The notes below the pieces were generated by a model. The model was not told the DNA's origin. It worked only from the letters and a program-made list of their open reading frames with translations, and ran no database searches. This document shows positions 9,467 through 18,747 of a stretch of 64,000 nucleotides of DNA, one piece after another. The stretch covers positions 1 through 64,000 of the forward strand of contig CAYTYR010000013.1 of NCBI GenBank assembly GCA_964441745.1, read 5' to 3'. Within the stretch, counting starts at the first letter, position 1; every line of letters starts with the position of its first letter. Both the position numbers and the translations under genes were made by a program. The DNA is from an uncultured Clostridia bacterium. Lineage in GTDB: Bacteria; CAYTYR01; UBA6262.

Positions 9467-10249
9467 TTACTCAAACATAATGTCATCCAGATAAATATTA
9501 AAACCATCTGGATTTTCATCAGCTGAAGTTGCCCAGCAGAAACCACCAGCTATACGGCTGAGGTCTTTGCCGGCCAGGTCGATCTCATACTTTTTCCAGG
9601 CAGTGGTCAGTTTCACCGGACCGATACCAGCTACATCTGTATCGGCATATTCACCCTGGATGCCGCCGACTTTAAATTCATTGATCACTTCATTGCCTTT
9701 TTCACCGCGGGCCCAAAAAGTCAGCTTCTTGGCGCCAGTGAAATTGTATCCGGCATTAGCCGTGCCCCAGTTATTAGCTGGCTGCTGCCAATAGACGCCA
9801 GCCCAGCCAGCCCCATTCTTGCCTTTTGCAGTATAAGAGATCTTTATACAGCTTGGCAGAGAATGCGGATTGACCATTTCCTTGACATTTACTCTCAAGT
9901 CGCCATAATCGCCCATCCAGCCGCTCGGATAAAAGTGATTGAGCTTGGATGCGCCATTCTCGTAAATATAGAATGGGTAGGCTGTGACTTTTTTCGTGCG
10001 CGATGGTTTTTCACCAGGAGCTGACGGACTTTCGTTCGCCGGCTCTGCTTCCACTGCTGCTGTTTCTTCAGCTTCAACAACTTCTTCCACTGCTTTCTTT
10101 GCCGCTGCTTTCTTTTTCGCGACTTTAGCCTTTACCGGCGCTGCATCCTCTTCCTCGATCACTGCCCCGATTACAATTGAGGCTGTTGACAAGAGGGCTA
10201 CGCCCATAAGCAGGACCATCAAACAAATCATCATTTTACGCAGTTTCAT
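9467..10249 (-). CDS. Secreted CBM-like protein, paralogue 3
   Basis: Signal peptide; K/A/E-rich linker; HFYPSGWMGDY, WQQPANNWG and IYLDDIMFE motifs. Confidence 0.75.
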   Translation of the reverse strand: MKLRKMMICLMVLLMGVALLSTASIVIGAVIEEEDAAPVKAKVAKKKAAAKKAVEEVVEAEETAAVEAEPANESPSAPGEKPSRTKKVTAYPFYIYENGASKLNHFYPSGWMGDYGDLRVNVKEMVNPHSLPSCIKISYTAKGKNGAGWAGVYWQQPANNWGTANAGYNFTGAKKLTFWARGEKGNEVINEFKVGGIQGEYADTDVAGIGPVKLTTAWKKYEIDLAGKDLSRIAGGFCWATSADENPDGFNIYLDDIMFE

Positions 10250-10281
10250 TGCTTATCCACCTCCATGTCTATAAATGTGGC

Positions 10282-10965
10282 TTACTCAAACCTGATATCA
10301 TCCAGATAGAAGGTGATGCCTTCTTCCGGGACATCATCACCGCTGGCAGCCCAGAAAAATCCGCCGCTGATATAACTCAGGTCAGCGCCGGTCAGGTCGA
10401 TCTCAAACTTTTTCCACTCCTTGGCCAGGTCAATAGGCCCGATACTGAGCTTGTCGCTGTCAGCATATTCGCCTTCAATACCGCCGACGCCCACTTCTGC
10501 TAATCTTTCTCCGCCTTTTTCACCGCGCGCCCAGAACACCAGTTTCTTGGCTCCGGTCAGATTATAGCCGCCCTTCTTAGAACCCCAATTGTTAGCAGGA
10601 TTCTGCCAGAAGGCGCCCGCCCAGTTAGCGCCCTGACTTCCTCTGGGCACATACTTCCATTGGATACAGGTAGTGCCGCTGTGCGGATTCTGGCTCCACC
10701 GGTCAGTCAAGCGCATATCACCGTAGTCACCCATCCAGCCGCTCGGGGCATAATGGTTATCCGGAGAATTCTTATCCGTATAGACCGGGAATGACTTGAA
10801 TCCTGTTTTAGCGCCATCAGGATTAATGCTTTTACCAATTGGCGCCGCATTAATAACCGGCACTTCCACATTGAACATCTTGCCCTGCGAAAACACAGTG
10901 ATCGCGGAAAAACTGCCCGCCAACACCGCTAAAACTGAAATACTGATGAGAAATACTTTTCTCAT
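10282..10965 (-). CDS. Secreted CBM-like protein, paralogue 2
   Basis: Signal peptide; HYAPSGWMGDY, WQNPANNWG and FYLDDIRFE motifs. Confidence 0.75.
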   Translation of the reverse strand: MRKVFLISISVLAVLAGSFSAITVFSQGKMFNVEVPVINAAPIGKSINPDGAKTGFKSFPVYTDKNSPDNHYAPSGWMGDYGDMRLTDRWSQNPHSGTTCIQWKYVPRGSQGANWAGAFWQNPANNWGSKKGGYNLTGAKKLVFWARGEKGGERLAEVGVGGIEGEYADSDKLSIGPIDLAKEWKKFEIDLTGADLSYISGGFFWAASGDDVPEEGITFYLDDIRFE

Positions 10966-10995
10966 GTTTTTACCTACCCCCTCTTCCTTAAGTTT

Positions 10996-11607
10996 TTACT
11001 CAAACCTGATATCATCAAGATAAAAGGTCATGCCGCCTTCCGGCATATCTTCGCCTTTAGCCACCCAGAAAAAACCGCCGCTGATATATGTTAGGTCGGC
11101 CTCACTTACATTGATCTCATATTTTTTCCATTCCTTAGTAAGCTGAATTGGGCCCTCACTTACCTTGTCTGTATCGGCATATTTCCCGGTAATGCCGCCA
11201 ACCCCTGCTTCGGCAATTATCTCACCACCTTTTTCTCCCCGGGCCCAAAATATTAGTTTTTTAGCTCCGGTTAATTCATATCCGCCTTTTTTTGTACCCC
11301 AATTATTGGCCGGATTCTGCCAATAAACGCCGGACCAGCCGGCATTCTGCGCTCCCTTGGCATTATATTTCCACTGGATGCAAGTAGCGCCGCCATGTGG
11401 ATTTTCTTTCCAGAGATCATTTACTCTCAGGTCACCGTAATCACCCATCCAGCCGCTGGGGATATAATGATTATCACCTGATTTAGCGTCTGTATAGATC
11501 GGGAACATCTTAAAAGCGCCACTGGCCACTGCCACCCCAGCTAACATATATATCCCGCAGACCATTCCGATTATTGCCAGCAGAGCCAATTTTTTCTTTA
11601 ACATCAT
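10996..11607 (-). CDS. Secreted CBM-like protein, paralogue 1
   Basis: Signal peptide; HYIPSGWMGDY, WQNPANNWG and FYLDDIRFE motifs. Confidence 0.75.
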   Translation of the reverse strand: MMLKKKLALLAIIGMVCGIYMLAGVAVASGAFKMFPIYTDAKSGDNHYIPSGWMGDYGDLRVNDLWKENPHGGATCIQWKYNAKGAQNAGWSGVYWQNPANNWGTKKGGYELTGAKKLIFWARGEKGGEIIAEAGVGGITGKYADTDKVSEGPIQLTKEWKKYEINVSEADLTYISGGFFWVAKGEDMPEGGMTFYLDDIRFE

Positions 11608-11630
11608 CCTACCTCCTGATCCACAGTTAA

Positions 11631-12362
11631 TTAGAAAGTATAGCGATACGCTATGCCTAATTGATGCAATCCTTTAGCTTGCAGGTAAAATCCTCTTTCC
11701 GGCAGTCTTGATTCGTCTTCTTCCTCTTCCTCTTCTTCATACTCTTCTTCTTCTTCCTCAGCTGGTTGTTCCTCTTCTTCTTCAACCTCTTCTGCTATTT
11801 GTTTTTTCTGCTTCTTCACTGGTTTAATTGCTTCTTCCTCATCTTCCTCATCTATTGCTTCTTCCTCTTCCGCCTCTTCCTCTTCTATTTCCTCTTCAAC
11901 TTTCACTTTTTTCTTCTTCGGGCTCTTTTTAATTGTACTTTTCTTCTTGCTGGGCCCGCTATCGGCTGAGAAATAGGCGTCAATTACATTACCGACCCAG
12001 ATCGCCGCCGCGGCATAAATAAACATATTGGCTGAATCAACTTTACTGGAATAATCATCGTAAGCAGATCCAGTTCTCTGTTTTTCATAATCCTCATAGG
12101 CGCTGTCGGCGCTGGAATACATCATATAAGCTGTGCCCAGGGCAATTATTTCCGCCCCGGCAAAAATATAACCTTTGGTCGGCTGTTCATTAAAGAACTG
12201 CCCCCAGCCAGGCAGCATCAATGACCGCAAGGCAGCATTGCCCGGAGAAGGAGTATTAAAATTAGACTCTGCTTCCTGCGCCGAAACCGCTGAGATGGAC
12301 ATGAGCATAATTCCGGTCAAAGCTAATACCAAGATCTTTAGAACATACTTGCAGTTGAACAT
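11631..12362 (-). CDS. DUF5683-like membrane/exported protein with a long Glu/Lys-rich insert
   Basis: AALRSLMLPGWGQFFN...KG and IWVGNVIDAY motifs; acidic tract; C-terminal aromatic strand YRYTF. Confidence 0.65.
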   Translation of the reverse strand: MFNCKYVLKILVLALTGIMLMSISAVSAQEAESNFNTPSPGNAALRSLMLPGWGQFFNEQPTKGYIFAGAEIIALGTAYMMYSSADSAYEDYEKQRTGSAYDDYSSKVDSANMFIYAAAAIWVGNVIDAYFSADSGPSKKKSTIKKSPKKKKVKVEEEIEEEEAEEEEAIDEEDEEEAIKPVKKQKKQIAEEVEEEEEQPAEEEEEEYEEEEEEEDESRLPERGFYLQAKGLHQLGIAYRYTF

Positions 12363-12443
12363 GTTTCCCCTCCTCTTTTTCTTGGATCCACGGAACTTTA
12401 TTATGCCCTACTATTAAGACAACCTTGCTGGCGCTTCTGTTCC

Positions 12444-13148
12444 TTATAATTCATATTTAATATCATCAACATAAACTGTGCCGCCACTCCCGTATGGTCC
12501 GCCATTAGCGCCAGCGGGATACTCGATCACTATTTTAAAATAATCTCTTACTGCCTTAAAATCAGCTGCCCTGAAAGCAATGGTGTATGAATGCCAATCC
12601 ATCAGTTCATCGCTGTTCAAGCGGAGATACTGGGTACCGCCCCTGGTTGGTGCGGTGACAGTTTTAGAAACCGGACCTTCAAATTTTACATAGGTATCAC
12701 TATAAATATCAGCCCGGGCCTTGAAAGTGATCTTGGTATAGCCAGCAGATGATAAATCCTTAGCCGGAGTGGCATCATATAGTGACCAGTGGGTAGCTAC
12801 GATCAGGCTCATGCCAGCCCAGTCATGTTCGTTCTTGCCCTTCCAATCCAGGTCCTGGCCGTTCCAGGTATATTTCAGGCACTTAGCGCCTTCGGGAGGA
12901 TTATCGCTGGTATTCTTAAAATCAAGGGTCATGTTATTATCCGGCGGAGACAGGTCAGAAGGAATAAAGGCTACATTGCCGCCAGTAATCAGATCATCGT
13001 CATAAATCTTAAATACGCCGCTCCAGGCGTTCAGGGCCCCTTCACCTGACGGATCAGCTAACCGGTCCATGGGATTTTTCTCACAAGAGACCAGGAACAA
13101 TCCGGCGATGATCATCAATATAATTTTTGCTAAGGTTATTTTTTTCAT
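12444..13148 (-). CDS. Lipoprotein with a CBM-like domain
   Basis: Lipobox LVS-C; WAG...DLSSAGYTKITFKAR...WHSYTI...VYVDDIKYE. Confidence 0.7.
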   Translation of the reverse strand: MKKITLAKIILMIIAGLFLVSCEKNPMDRLADPSGEGALNAWSGVFKIYDDDLITGGNVAFIPSDLSPPDNNMTLDFKNTSDNPPEGAKCLKYTWNGQDLDWKGKNEHDWAGMSLIVATHWSLYDATPAKDLSSAGYTKITFKARADIYSDTYVKFEGPVSKTVTAPTRGGTQYLRLNSDELMDWHSYTIAFRAADFKAVRDYFKIVIEYPAGANGGPYGSGGTVYVDDIKYEL

Positions 13149-15928
13149 TCTGGGTCCACCGTCGTATCTTCTGTCGTATCTTCTATGGACATACCTTGCT
13201 CCGTATCCGCCTCAGGTTCCTTGAGCAGGATGATCTCTACCCGGCGATTCAGGGCCCGGCCGGAATTAGTACGGTTGGAAGCGACTGGTTTAGTTTCACC
13301 ATATCCCTTCTTTTCCATCCGGCCTTTTTCGATCCCTTGTTCTACAAAATAGTTATAAACACTGTTGGCCCGGCGAGCTGATAATTTCTGGTTATATTCT
13401 TCTGCGCCGATCGAATCAGTATAACCTTCGATCAGGATCTGGTTAACCGGATACATAGAAAGCAGTTTGACGACATCAGGCAAAACCTGCAAAGCTTCTT
13501 CCTTTAGTTTGGCCTGATCAAAATCGAACAGTACCGCGGAAGTGATATTCATCACTAAGCCTCTTTCTTCTTCCCTGAGCTCAACCGGAGCTTCGGCCAG
13601 GACTTCCTTGGCTATTTCGATCTGCGGTATTTGCAAGGTCACTGTTTGCGGGTCAGTCTTGACTGATTTGTTGGCTTTATTTACCACTTTAAAAATGACT
13701 TGATAGTCTCCTTCCGGAGCAGTTTCACGGCTGGCCAGGTCTGTGCCATCCCACTCTTTTTCCAGCGGCGGCTGGCCTTTACCGGATAAAGTCTTTACCA
13801 GGTTATTATTCAGATCCAGGATATTGATCTCCCAGGACTTAATTCCTTTATCCGCTGAGGCAGCCAGGGCAAAAACAGCTTCAGGATTATCACCCGTGCC
13901 AGGAGTAAACACCGGGGTTAAGACGGTCAAGCTGGCTAAAGTCCGGGCTCGCTTTTTTCCTTCCACCGCCACTGGTTTTTCTTCCTTCTGTAATCCTACC
14001 AGGGAGCCAAAATGCAGGTTAAAGAAACACCGCCATTCATCAAAAGAGCCCAGCTCCGGATAAATATATTGATTATCCTGCTCCCGGATCCCGACGTATT
14101 CAACGCCCAGGGTAGAGTCAGTAGAAGCAAAAGGCGCGCTTTCCCAGGTCCGGCTGAGAGAAAACTTGTATAACCGGTCATTGGTCCCGCCGAACCGCTG
14201 GTGCCACTCTTCCCAACCCCAGATATCCCGGCCCAGCGTGGCGCTGGCTTTGTAAGGTTTCTTATCCAGCCAGATAGTGCCTAAGAAATAGTTGGTAATT
14301 GGTTTGTTCTCGTCATTATCATTAGTATAAGCCAAAGCGCTGGTCGCCACATCCTGTCCCCATTTCAGGTTGATCCAGAATTTGTAAGTAGGCGCGGGGA
14401 TCAGCCTGATCATCGTATTAAAACTGTGCAAGAACTCTGTGGTCGGCCATTTACCATGCGGCCGGTAATCCCAGAATTCCTTGGTCGGGTCTGATTCGCC
14501 TTCCCAGAGAATATCGTCATCCCGGGTCCGGTAGTACCAACGGTCAGTCGCGGTGGGATACTGGCGTGCCAGGTACTGGAAAGCCAAGGCGATAGTAGCG
14601 TCTTCCTTAGGGTTCATATTCCATTCTTCGAGAATATTCGGCTGCCATAAATATAACCAACTGCTGGGTGTAGGGTCAAAGTTCAGGGTTAATTTATAGA
14701 TATGCGCCTGCCGGTTCTCCATCGTCACCCAAAAAGCATCATTTCTGGCTCGCGGCTTAATCACCCCAGGGCCAGGATCAGCAGCTGTTCCTTCATAGAG
14801 ATAAGGTAAAGGGCCGTAAACGGGTTTTTGGTAGATACCGGTAAAGTCCAGGTTAGTAAAAGCATTGAGCTCTTTCTTTATGCCGCCTGAATATTCATCT
14901 TTATTGCCGGCGCTGGCGCCCAAATGGGCATAGCCAACGCTTATTTCTTCCACAAACGGGATAAACCTGAACCCTATTTTGGTTTTATAGCCCAGCGCGT
15001 CGCTGGTACTGGTCGTCCCGGACTTAATGAGCCGGGAGCCGGTATTGATCGTCGCAGTGCTGTTGGGGATAGCATATGAATTATCGGTACCGGATTCTTC
15101 GACATACAGGAATTCCCGGTCCAGACGGAATGGCTGGTAGAGCAAACCCAGGTCAATAGGCAGAGATTCGGCCAGGTCAATTTTAGTGGTGAGTTCATAA
15201 GCATTCAAATGTTCTTTGGGTTTTTCACCCCAGGAAATACGGGCATTTTTAAAAATAAAAGCATTATTAAAATAACCCCAGCGCCAATTATACTTACCAT
15301 ACGTGGAAGTATGGTCTCCCCAGACCACCTCGGCGCCATGCACCAGTTCCAGCTTGCCGAAATCACCGGCATATTTGAGGTCCAAGCCGCGGGGTACCTG
15401 CCGGCCGGTTATCCGGCGGTAATTATAAACATCAAACTGTTCCGGATAGAGCTGGAACATATCGCCTTCATTTTCCCAGTGGTAATGGCCGAGCCCGCCG
15501 TTCAGCGAAGCCTGGAAACGGTCGCCTTTATAAGCGATCTCTCCTCTCGTCCATTTGATATAGTCTTGGTTATATTTCAACCGGTGTTCATCATTAATAG
15601 GAATATAAAAACGGTCAGCGTAATTGCCGATAGCCAAAATACCCAGCATCATGGTCCAGTTCCTGCTGGGCCGGTAGGAAAAGTCCACGTTTAAGGTCTG
15701 CCCGCCGACATAATGCCACTTATCTTTAGAAACCAGGTCATGCTCATAGAGCTTGGCCAAGTTACTGGAATAAATGCCCCACCCAGGTTGGAGTTTATGC
15801 GCCCAGAACTCAAAGGTTAAATTCCCGTCAATGCGCAGGCTTTTTATTTTTTGCTGTTCCGCCGCCTGGATTGAATTAACCGCTAGCGCTAAAAAAACTG
15901 TAAGAAAAACGATCTTGCTAAAACGCAT
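13145..15928 (-). CDS. Large outer-membrane protein: putative beta-barrel, FlgD-like Ig domain and OmpA-like peptidoglycan-binding domain
   Basis: Signal peptide from the ATG at 15928 (GGAGG upstream); aromatic beta-rich N-terminal ~640 aa; WDGTD...PEGDY; OmpA motifs VLFDFD, EGYTDS, LSARRA and NRRVEI. Confidence 0.75.
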   Translation of the reverse strand: MRFSKIVFLTVFLALAVNSIQAAEQQKIKSLRIDGNLTFEFWAHKLQPGWGIYSSNLAKLYEHDLVSKDKWHYVGGQTLNVDFSYRPSRNWTMMLGILAIGNYADRFYIPINDEHRLKYNQDYIKWTRGEIAYKGDRFQASLNGGLGHYHWENEGDMFQLYPEQFDVYNYRRITGRQVPRGLDLKYAGDFGKLELVHGAEVVWGDHTSTYGKYNWRWGYFNNAFIFKNARISWGEKPKEHLNAYELTTKIDLAESLPIDLGLLYQPFRLDREFLYVEESGTDNSYAIPNSTATINTGSRLIKSGTTSTSDALGYKTKIGFRFIPFVEEISVGYAHLGASAGNKDEYSGGIKKELNAFTNLDFTGIYQKPVYGPLPYLYEGTAADPGPGVIKPRARNDAFWVTMENRQAHIYKLTLNFDPTPSSWLYLWQPNILEEWNMNPKEDATIALAFQYLARQYPTATDRWYYRTRDDDILWEGESDPTKEFWDYRPHGKWPTTEFLHSFNTMIRLIPAPTYKFWINLKWGQDVATSALAYTNDNDENKPITNYFLGTIWLDKKPYKASATLGRDIWGWEEWHQRFGGTNDRLYKFSLSRTWESAPFASTDSTLGVEYVGIREQDNQYIYPELGSFDEWRCFFNLHFGSLVGLQKEEKPVAVEGKKRARTLASLTVLTPVFTPGTGDNPEAVFALAASADKGIKSWEINILDLNNNLVKTLSGKGQPPLEKEWDGTDLASRETAPEGDYQVIFKVVNKANKSVKTDPQTVTLQIPQIEIAKEVLAEAPVELREEERGLVMNITSAVLFDFDQAKLKEEALQVLPDVVKLLSMYPVNQILIEGYTDSIGAEEYNQKLSARRANSVYNYFVEQGIEKGRMEKKGYGETKPVASNRTNSGRALNRRVEIILLKEPEADTEQGMSIEDTTEDTTVDPE

Positions 15929-15961
15929 GCACCCTCCGAACAGTAAATGACACACATAATA

Positions 15962-15990
15962 AATATAACTTAAATATATCCTTCCCGCAA
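15962..15990 (-). promoter_or_regulatory. Putative internal promoter
   Basis: TTGCGG-N17-TATATT. Confidence 0.45.
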
Positions 15991-15993
15991 GCT

Positions 15994-17442
15994 CTATTTC
16001 AGGGCTAATATTTTGCGGTATTTCACTTCGGTACCCTTGGTCCCTTTAGCCTCGACAAAACAAATATAAACACCGTTAGCGACAACAGTCTGATCATCAT
16101 CCTTACCATCCCAGATTACCTGGTATTGGGCATAGGTATCAATGGTTTCTTCTTTCAGCACTTTTACCAGCCTGCCGGCTATATCATAGATCTTTACTTT
16201 GACTGCCGTACCAGGAGCCACGGCAAAAACAACAGTGGTACTGCCGGTATCAGGATTGAACGGATTGGGGTAATTAGTAATTTCAGTGGAAAAAACATTA
16301 TTGCCGGAAACGGTGCTCAATGTATTTGGCGCCCATTTATTTTTTACCCTATCGTATGCCAGGCGCGTGGTTTTGGTATCTGTCCCGGCACTGATAGAGC
16401 ATAATCCCCACCATTCCTCATTCATATTATAGCCGCCGTTGTAATCATAATAAGCGGGATTTGGCCAGGTACCATTAGTATCGTGCACACTGTTAATCGC
16501 GCCCGATTGATTCTTGGACCAGTCATCAGCCCATTGGAACAGACATCCGCCGATAAAAGGCCGGGCCGGATCATCCACCGATAAGTTTAGGTGCAGCTTA
16601 TCCAGCATGCCCTGAATGCAATCAGCCTGGGCCGCTTGATCCTCAGCCTGGGTAATGATATTATACGCATCACAGCCAAACTCCGTGATCACAAAGGGCT
16701 TCGCACTCTTGGCTTGGCAATCAGCAAACATACTGGCAAAAACTTCTGTATTACCACGGTATATCTGCACCGCCCACAGGTCAAGATCAGGCATAGAAGC
16801 ATCATCGGAACTATTGATTGCCGTCCCCAGGTCAGAGATCTCAGAGTCAGCAGTCGTCACGGGATGATAATGCGCTCCCTCTATCTGATGAGCCAGACGG
16901 GCAGAATCATTCACTAATTTATACCAGTCGGAAAGTCTCGGCGTGTCCCCATATTTTTTCACATTCCAGTAATTTATCTCGTTACCGACACACCACATCA
17001 AGACTGCCGGATGATCTTTCCATCTAGTGACATACGTGGTCACATTGTTTAGCACGGTATTGCGGCCGGCATCACTGGCCAAATTATCTGTCCAGCTGAC
17101 TGGTATTGTAATGATCACATATAAACCGTATTCATAGGCTGCATCCAGCATTTTGTCATCAGTAGGTAAATCATGCAAGCGTAAAGTATTGGCGCCCATT
17201 GCCCGGATCAGGGCAAAATCCGCTTTATAAAATTCAGGATGAATGGTCCAATCGTACGTCGAATATCCAGAACCCACCGGCGTATAACCGTAATTCACAC
17301 CCTTGACCGTGAAAGGTTTCCCATCGACAAACATTTGCCGGCCGACAATTTTGACATTAGCCGCAAAAAGGACACCAGTGGTCAGTGTGCAGATGACAGT
17401 GGTCAGCAGTATAAAAATTAAAATCCTGATTCTTTTAAGCAA
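15994..17442 (-). CDS. Secreted clan GH-A glycoside hydrolase with a C-terminal T9SS-type/FlgD sorting domain
   Basis: TTG start after GAGGAG; GANTLR, VGNEI, TEFG and NEEWWGL motifs; tail NYPNPFNP...IYDIAGRLVK...WDGKD...NGVY...KILALK. Confidence 0.85.
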   Translation of the reverse strand: MLKRIRILIFILLTTVICTLTTGVLFAANVKIVGRQMFVDGKPFTVKGVNYGYTPVGSGYSTYDWTIHPEFYKADFALIRAMGANTLRLHDLPTDDKMLDAAYEYGLYVIITIPVSWTDNLASDAGRNTVLNNVTTYVTRWKDHPAVLMWCVGNEINYWNVKKYGDTPRLSDWYKLVNDSARLAHQIEGAHYHPVTTADSEISDLGTAINSSDDASMPDLDLWAVQIYRGNTEVFASMFADCQAKSAKPFVITEFGCDAYNIITQAEDQAAQADCIQGMLDKLHLNLSVDDPARPFIGGCLFQWADDWSKNQSGAINSVHDTNGTWPNPAYYDYNGGYNMNEEWWGLCSISAGTDTKTTRLAYDRVKNKWAPNTLSTVSGNNVFSTEITNYPNPFNPDTGSTTVVFAVAPGTAVKVKIYDIAGRLVKVLKEETIDTYAQYQVIWDGKDDDQTVVANGVYICFVEAKGTKGTEVKYRKILALK

Positions 17443-17457
17443 TTCTTTCTCCTCTTT

Positions 17458-17535
17458 AATCTGTGCCTGTCCCCCCTGCCAGTTTTGCCTCTGCAAAACT
17501 AGGGGGGATAATCATCTTTTGAAATCGGTGTAATC
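17458..17535. repeat. Family C arm (AATCTGTGTAATC-type) split by a 43-nt hairpin insert
   Basis: AATCTGTG[CCTGTCCCCCCTGCCAGTTTTGCCTCTGCAAAACTAGGGGGGA]TAATC...AATCGGTGTAATC. Confidence 0.7.
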
Positions 17536-17543
17536 AAAGCTTC

Positions 17544-18686
17544 TTAGAATAAGAAGCTTGTGGAGATACGGTGCGTATTTTGCAAGTCCTCATGGATAAC
17601 ATAAGCATAATCAATCTCGATAAAGCGCCAGAGGAATGATGCACCCAAACTCAGGTTATGATAAAAACTATGCGCATTATTCAAGTCATTCAGGTTCCAT
17701 CCTGCTCTGACTGCATACTGCTTATTGATCCAGCATTCAACGCCTGGCGCTATCTCCAGGTTCTGGTTACTGTCTGGGGTATAGCCTACATCCAGAGCCC
17801 AATTCACTTCCACCGGGATAGAAAAAGCAGCCGCCTTTTCCAGGTCACCGGCAGCGCCGGTAGCGATCTCCTGCTGATCTGGCGGCGGCGCAGGTATCCA
17901 GCCCTGGCTCAGGTCAAATCCTTCAATAGGGCTGATTCCTGCTGCCTGTTCCATTTGCGGCGTTGACTTGCGAGCTTTGGCTTTTTCCCGGACTTTTTTC
18001 GCCTGCCCGATTTTCGCCTGATGCTTGGTATGCAGGACCAATCCCGTCCTGATCGTCAGGGGAATAGTTTCGCTTACGGTTTGGGAAGAGTCCCAGTAGG
18101 AATCACCTTTTAGTTTAGGGCTGTTCAAGTTTTGTATATCAAGTCCAACCCGTACCCTATCAGTAAGCCAAAGCAGGCCCAGGTCAAAACCTAGCGCTTT
18201 GGCCTTATAGGTATCAAATTTTTGATTGATCATTTTAGCGCTGAGACCTAACGAGAAAATATCGCCAAAAGTTTGTCCATACCCGGCAAACAAAGCGGTA
18301 TTTGCCGCTTTGACTTCGCCAGTCACCTGGCCGACATTATCGGTAGTTTCAATTTTGTTGGTTGCTTGTTGCAGGTAGCCGAAACCGAAAGAAGCGAAAG
18401 AGAGAGGAAGGACCAGTCCAGCGTAATCATAATTGGAATCCAGGCCCAGATTGGCATACATCGCGGTTATTTCAAATTTTTCCTGCCAGGCTAACCTGGC
18501 CGGGTTCCAATAAACAGAACTGGCATCATCGGCCAGCGCCGTGTAAGCGCCGCCCATACCCAGGGCCCGGGCCCCGGCGCCATTATGCAGGAAGGCCGCT
18601 GGTTCGCCCGCCGCAAAGGTAAAATTGGCCGGCAGCAGGCAAATGGCGGATAACAGTAGAATTAGGTAACACTTAAATGTCTTCAC
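17544..18686 (-). CDS. PorV/PorQ (FadL-like) family outer-membrane barrel
   Basis: AAFL..GAGARALGMGGAYTALADDASSVYWNPA; C-terminal IDYAY...THRISTSFLF. Confidence 0.85.
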   Translation of the reverse strand: MKTFKCYLILLLSAICLLPANFTFAAGEPAAFLHNGAGARALGMGGAYTALADDASSVYWNPARLAWQEKFEITAMYANLGLDSNYDYAGLVLPLSFASFGFGYLQQATNKIETTDNVGQVTGEVKAANTALFAGYGQTFGDIFSLGLSAKMINQKFDTYKAKALGFDLGLLWLTDRVRVGLDIQNLNSPKLKGDSYWDSSQTVSETIPLTIRTGLVLHTKHQAKIGQAKKVREKAKARKSTPQMEQAAGISPIEGFDLSQGWIPAPPPDQQEIATGAAGDLEKAAAFSIPVEVNWALDVGYTPDSNQNLEIAPGVECWINKQYAVRAGWNLNDLNNAHSFYHNLSLGASFLWRFIEIDYAYVIHEDLQNTHRISTSFLF

Positions 18687-18718
18687 TTTATCTCCAAAGC
18701 AGAGATATTATCTTTATG

Positions 18719-18747
18719 ATTTTAGCACTTTTGATGATTAAAGTAAA
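18719..18747 (-). promoter_or_regulatory. Promoter of the porV-like/glycanase cluster
   Basis: TTTACT-N17-TAAAAT with extended TG. Confidence 0.5.

Noticed and set aside
8402-11607. Near-repeated DNA among the four CBM-like genes as TR/VR or CRISPR-like repeats
   Set aside because: All four are intact coding paralogues; differences fall mostly at synonymous sites and are not A-specific.
11710-11920. TCT/TCC-rich tract as a non-coding microsatellite
   Set aside because: It is in-frame Glu/Lys coding sequence with mixed codons.
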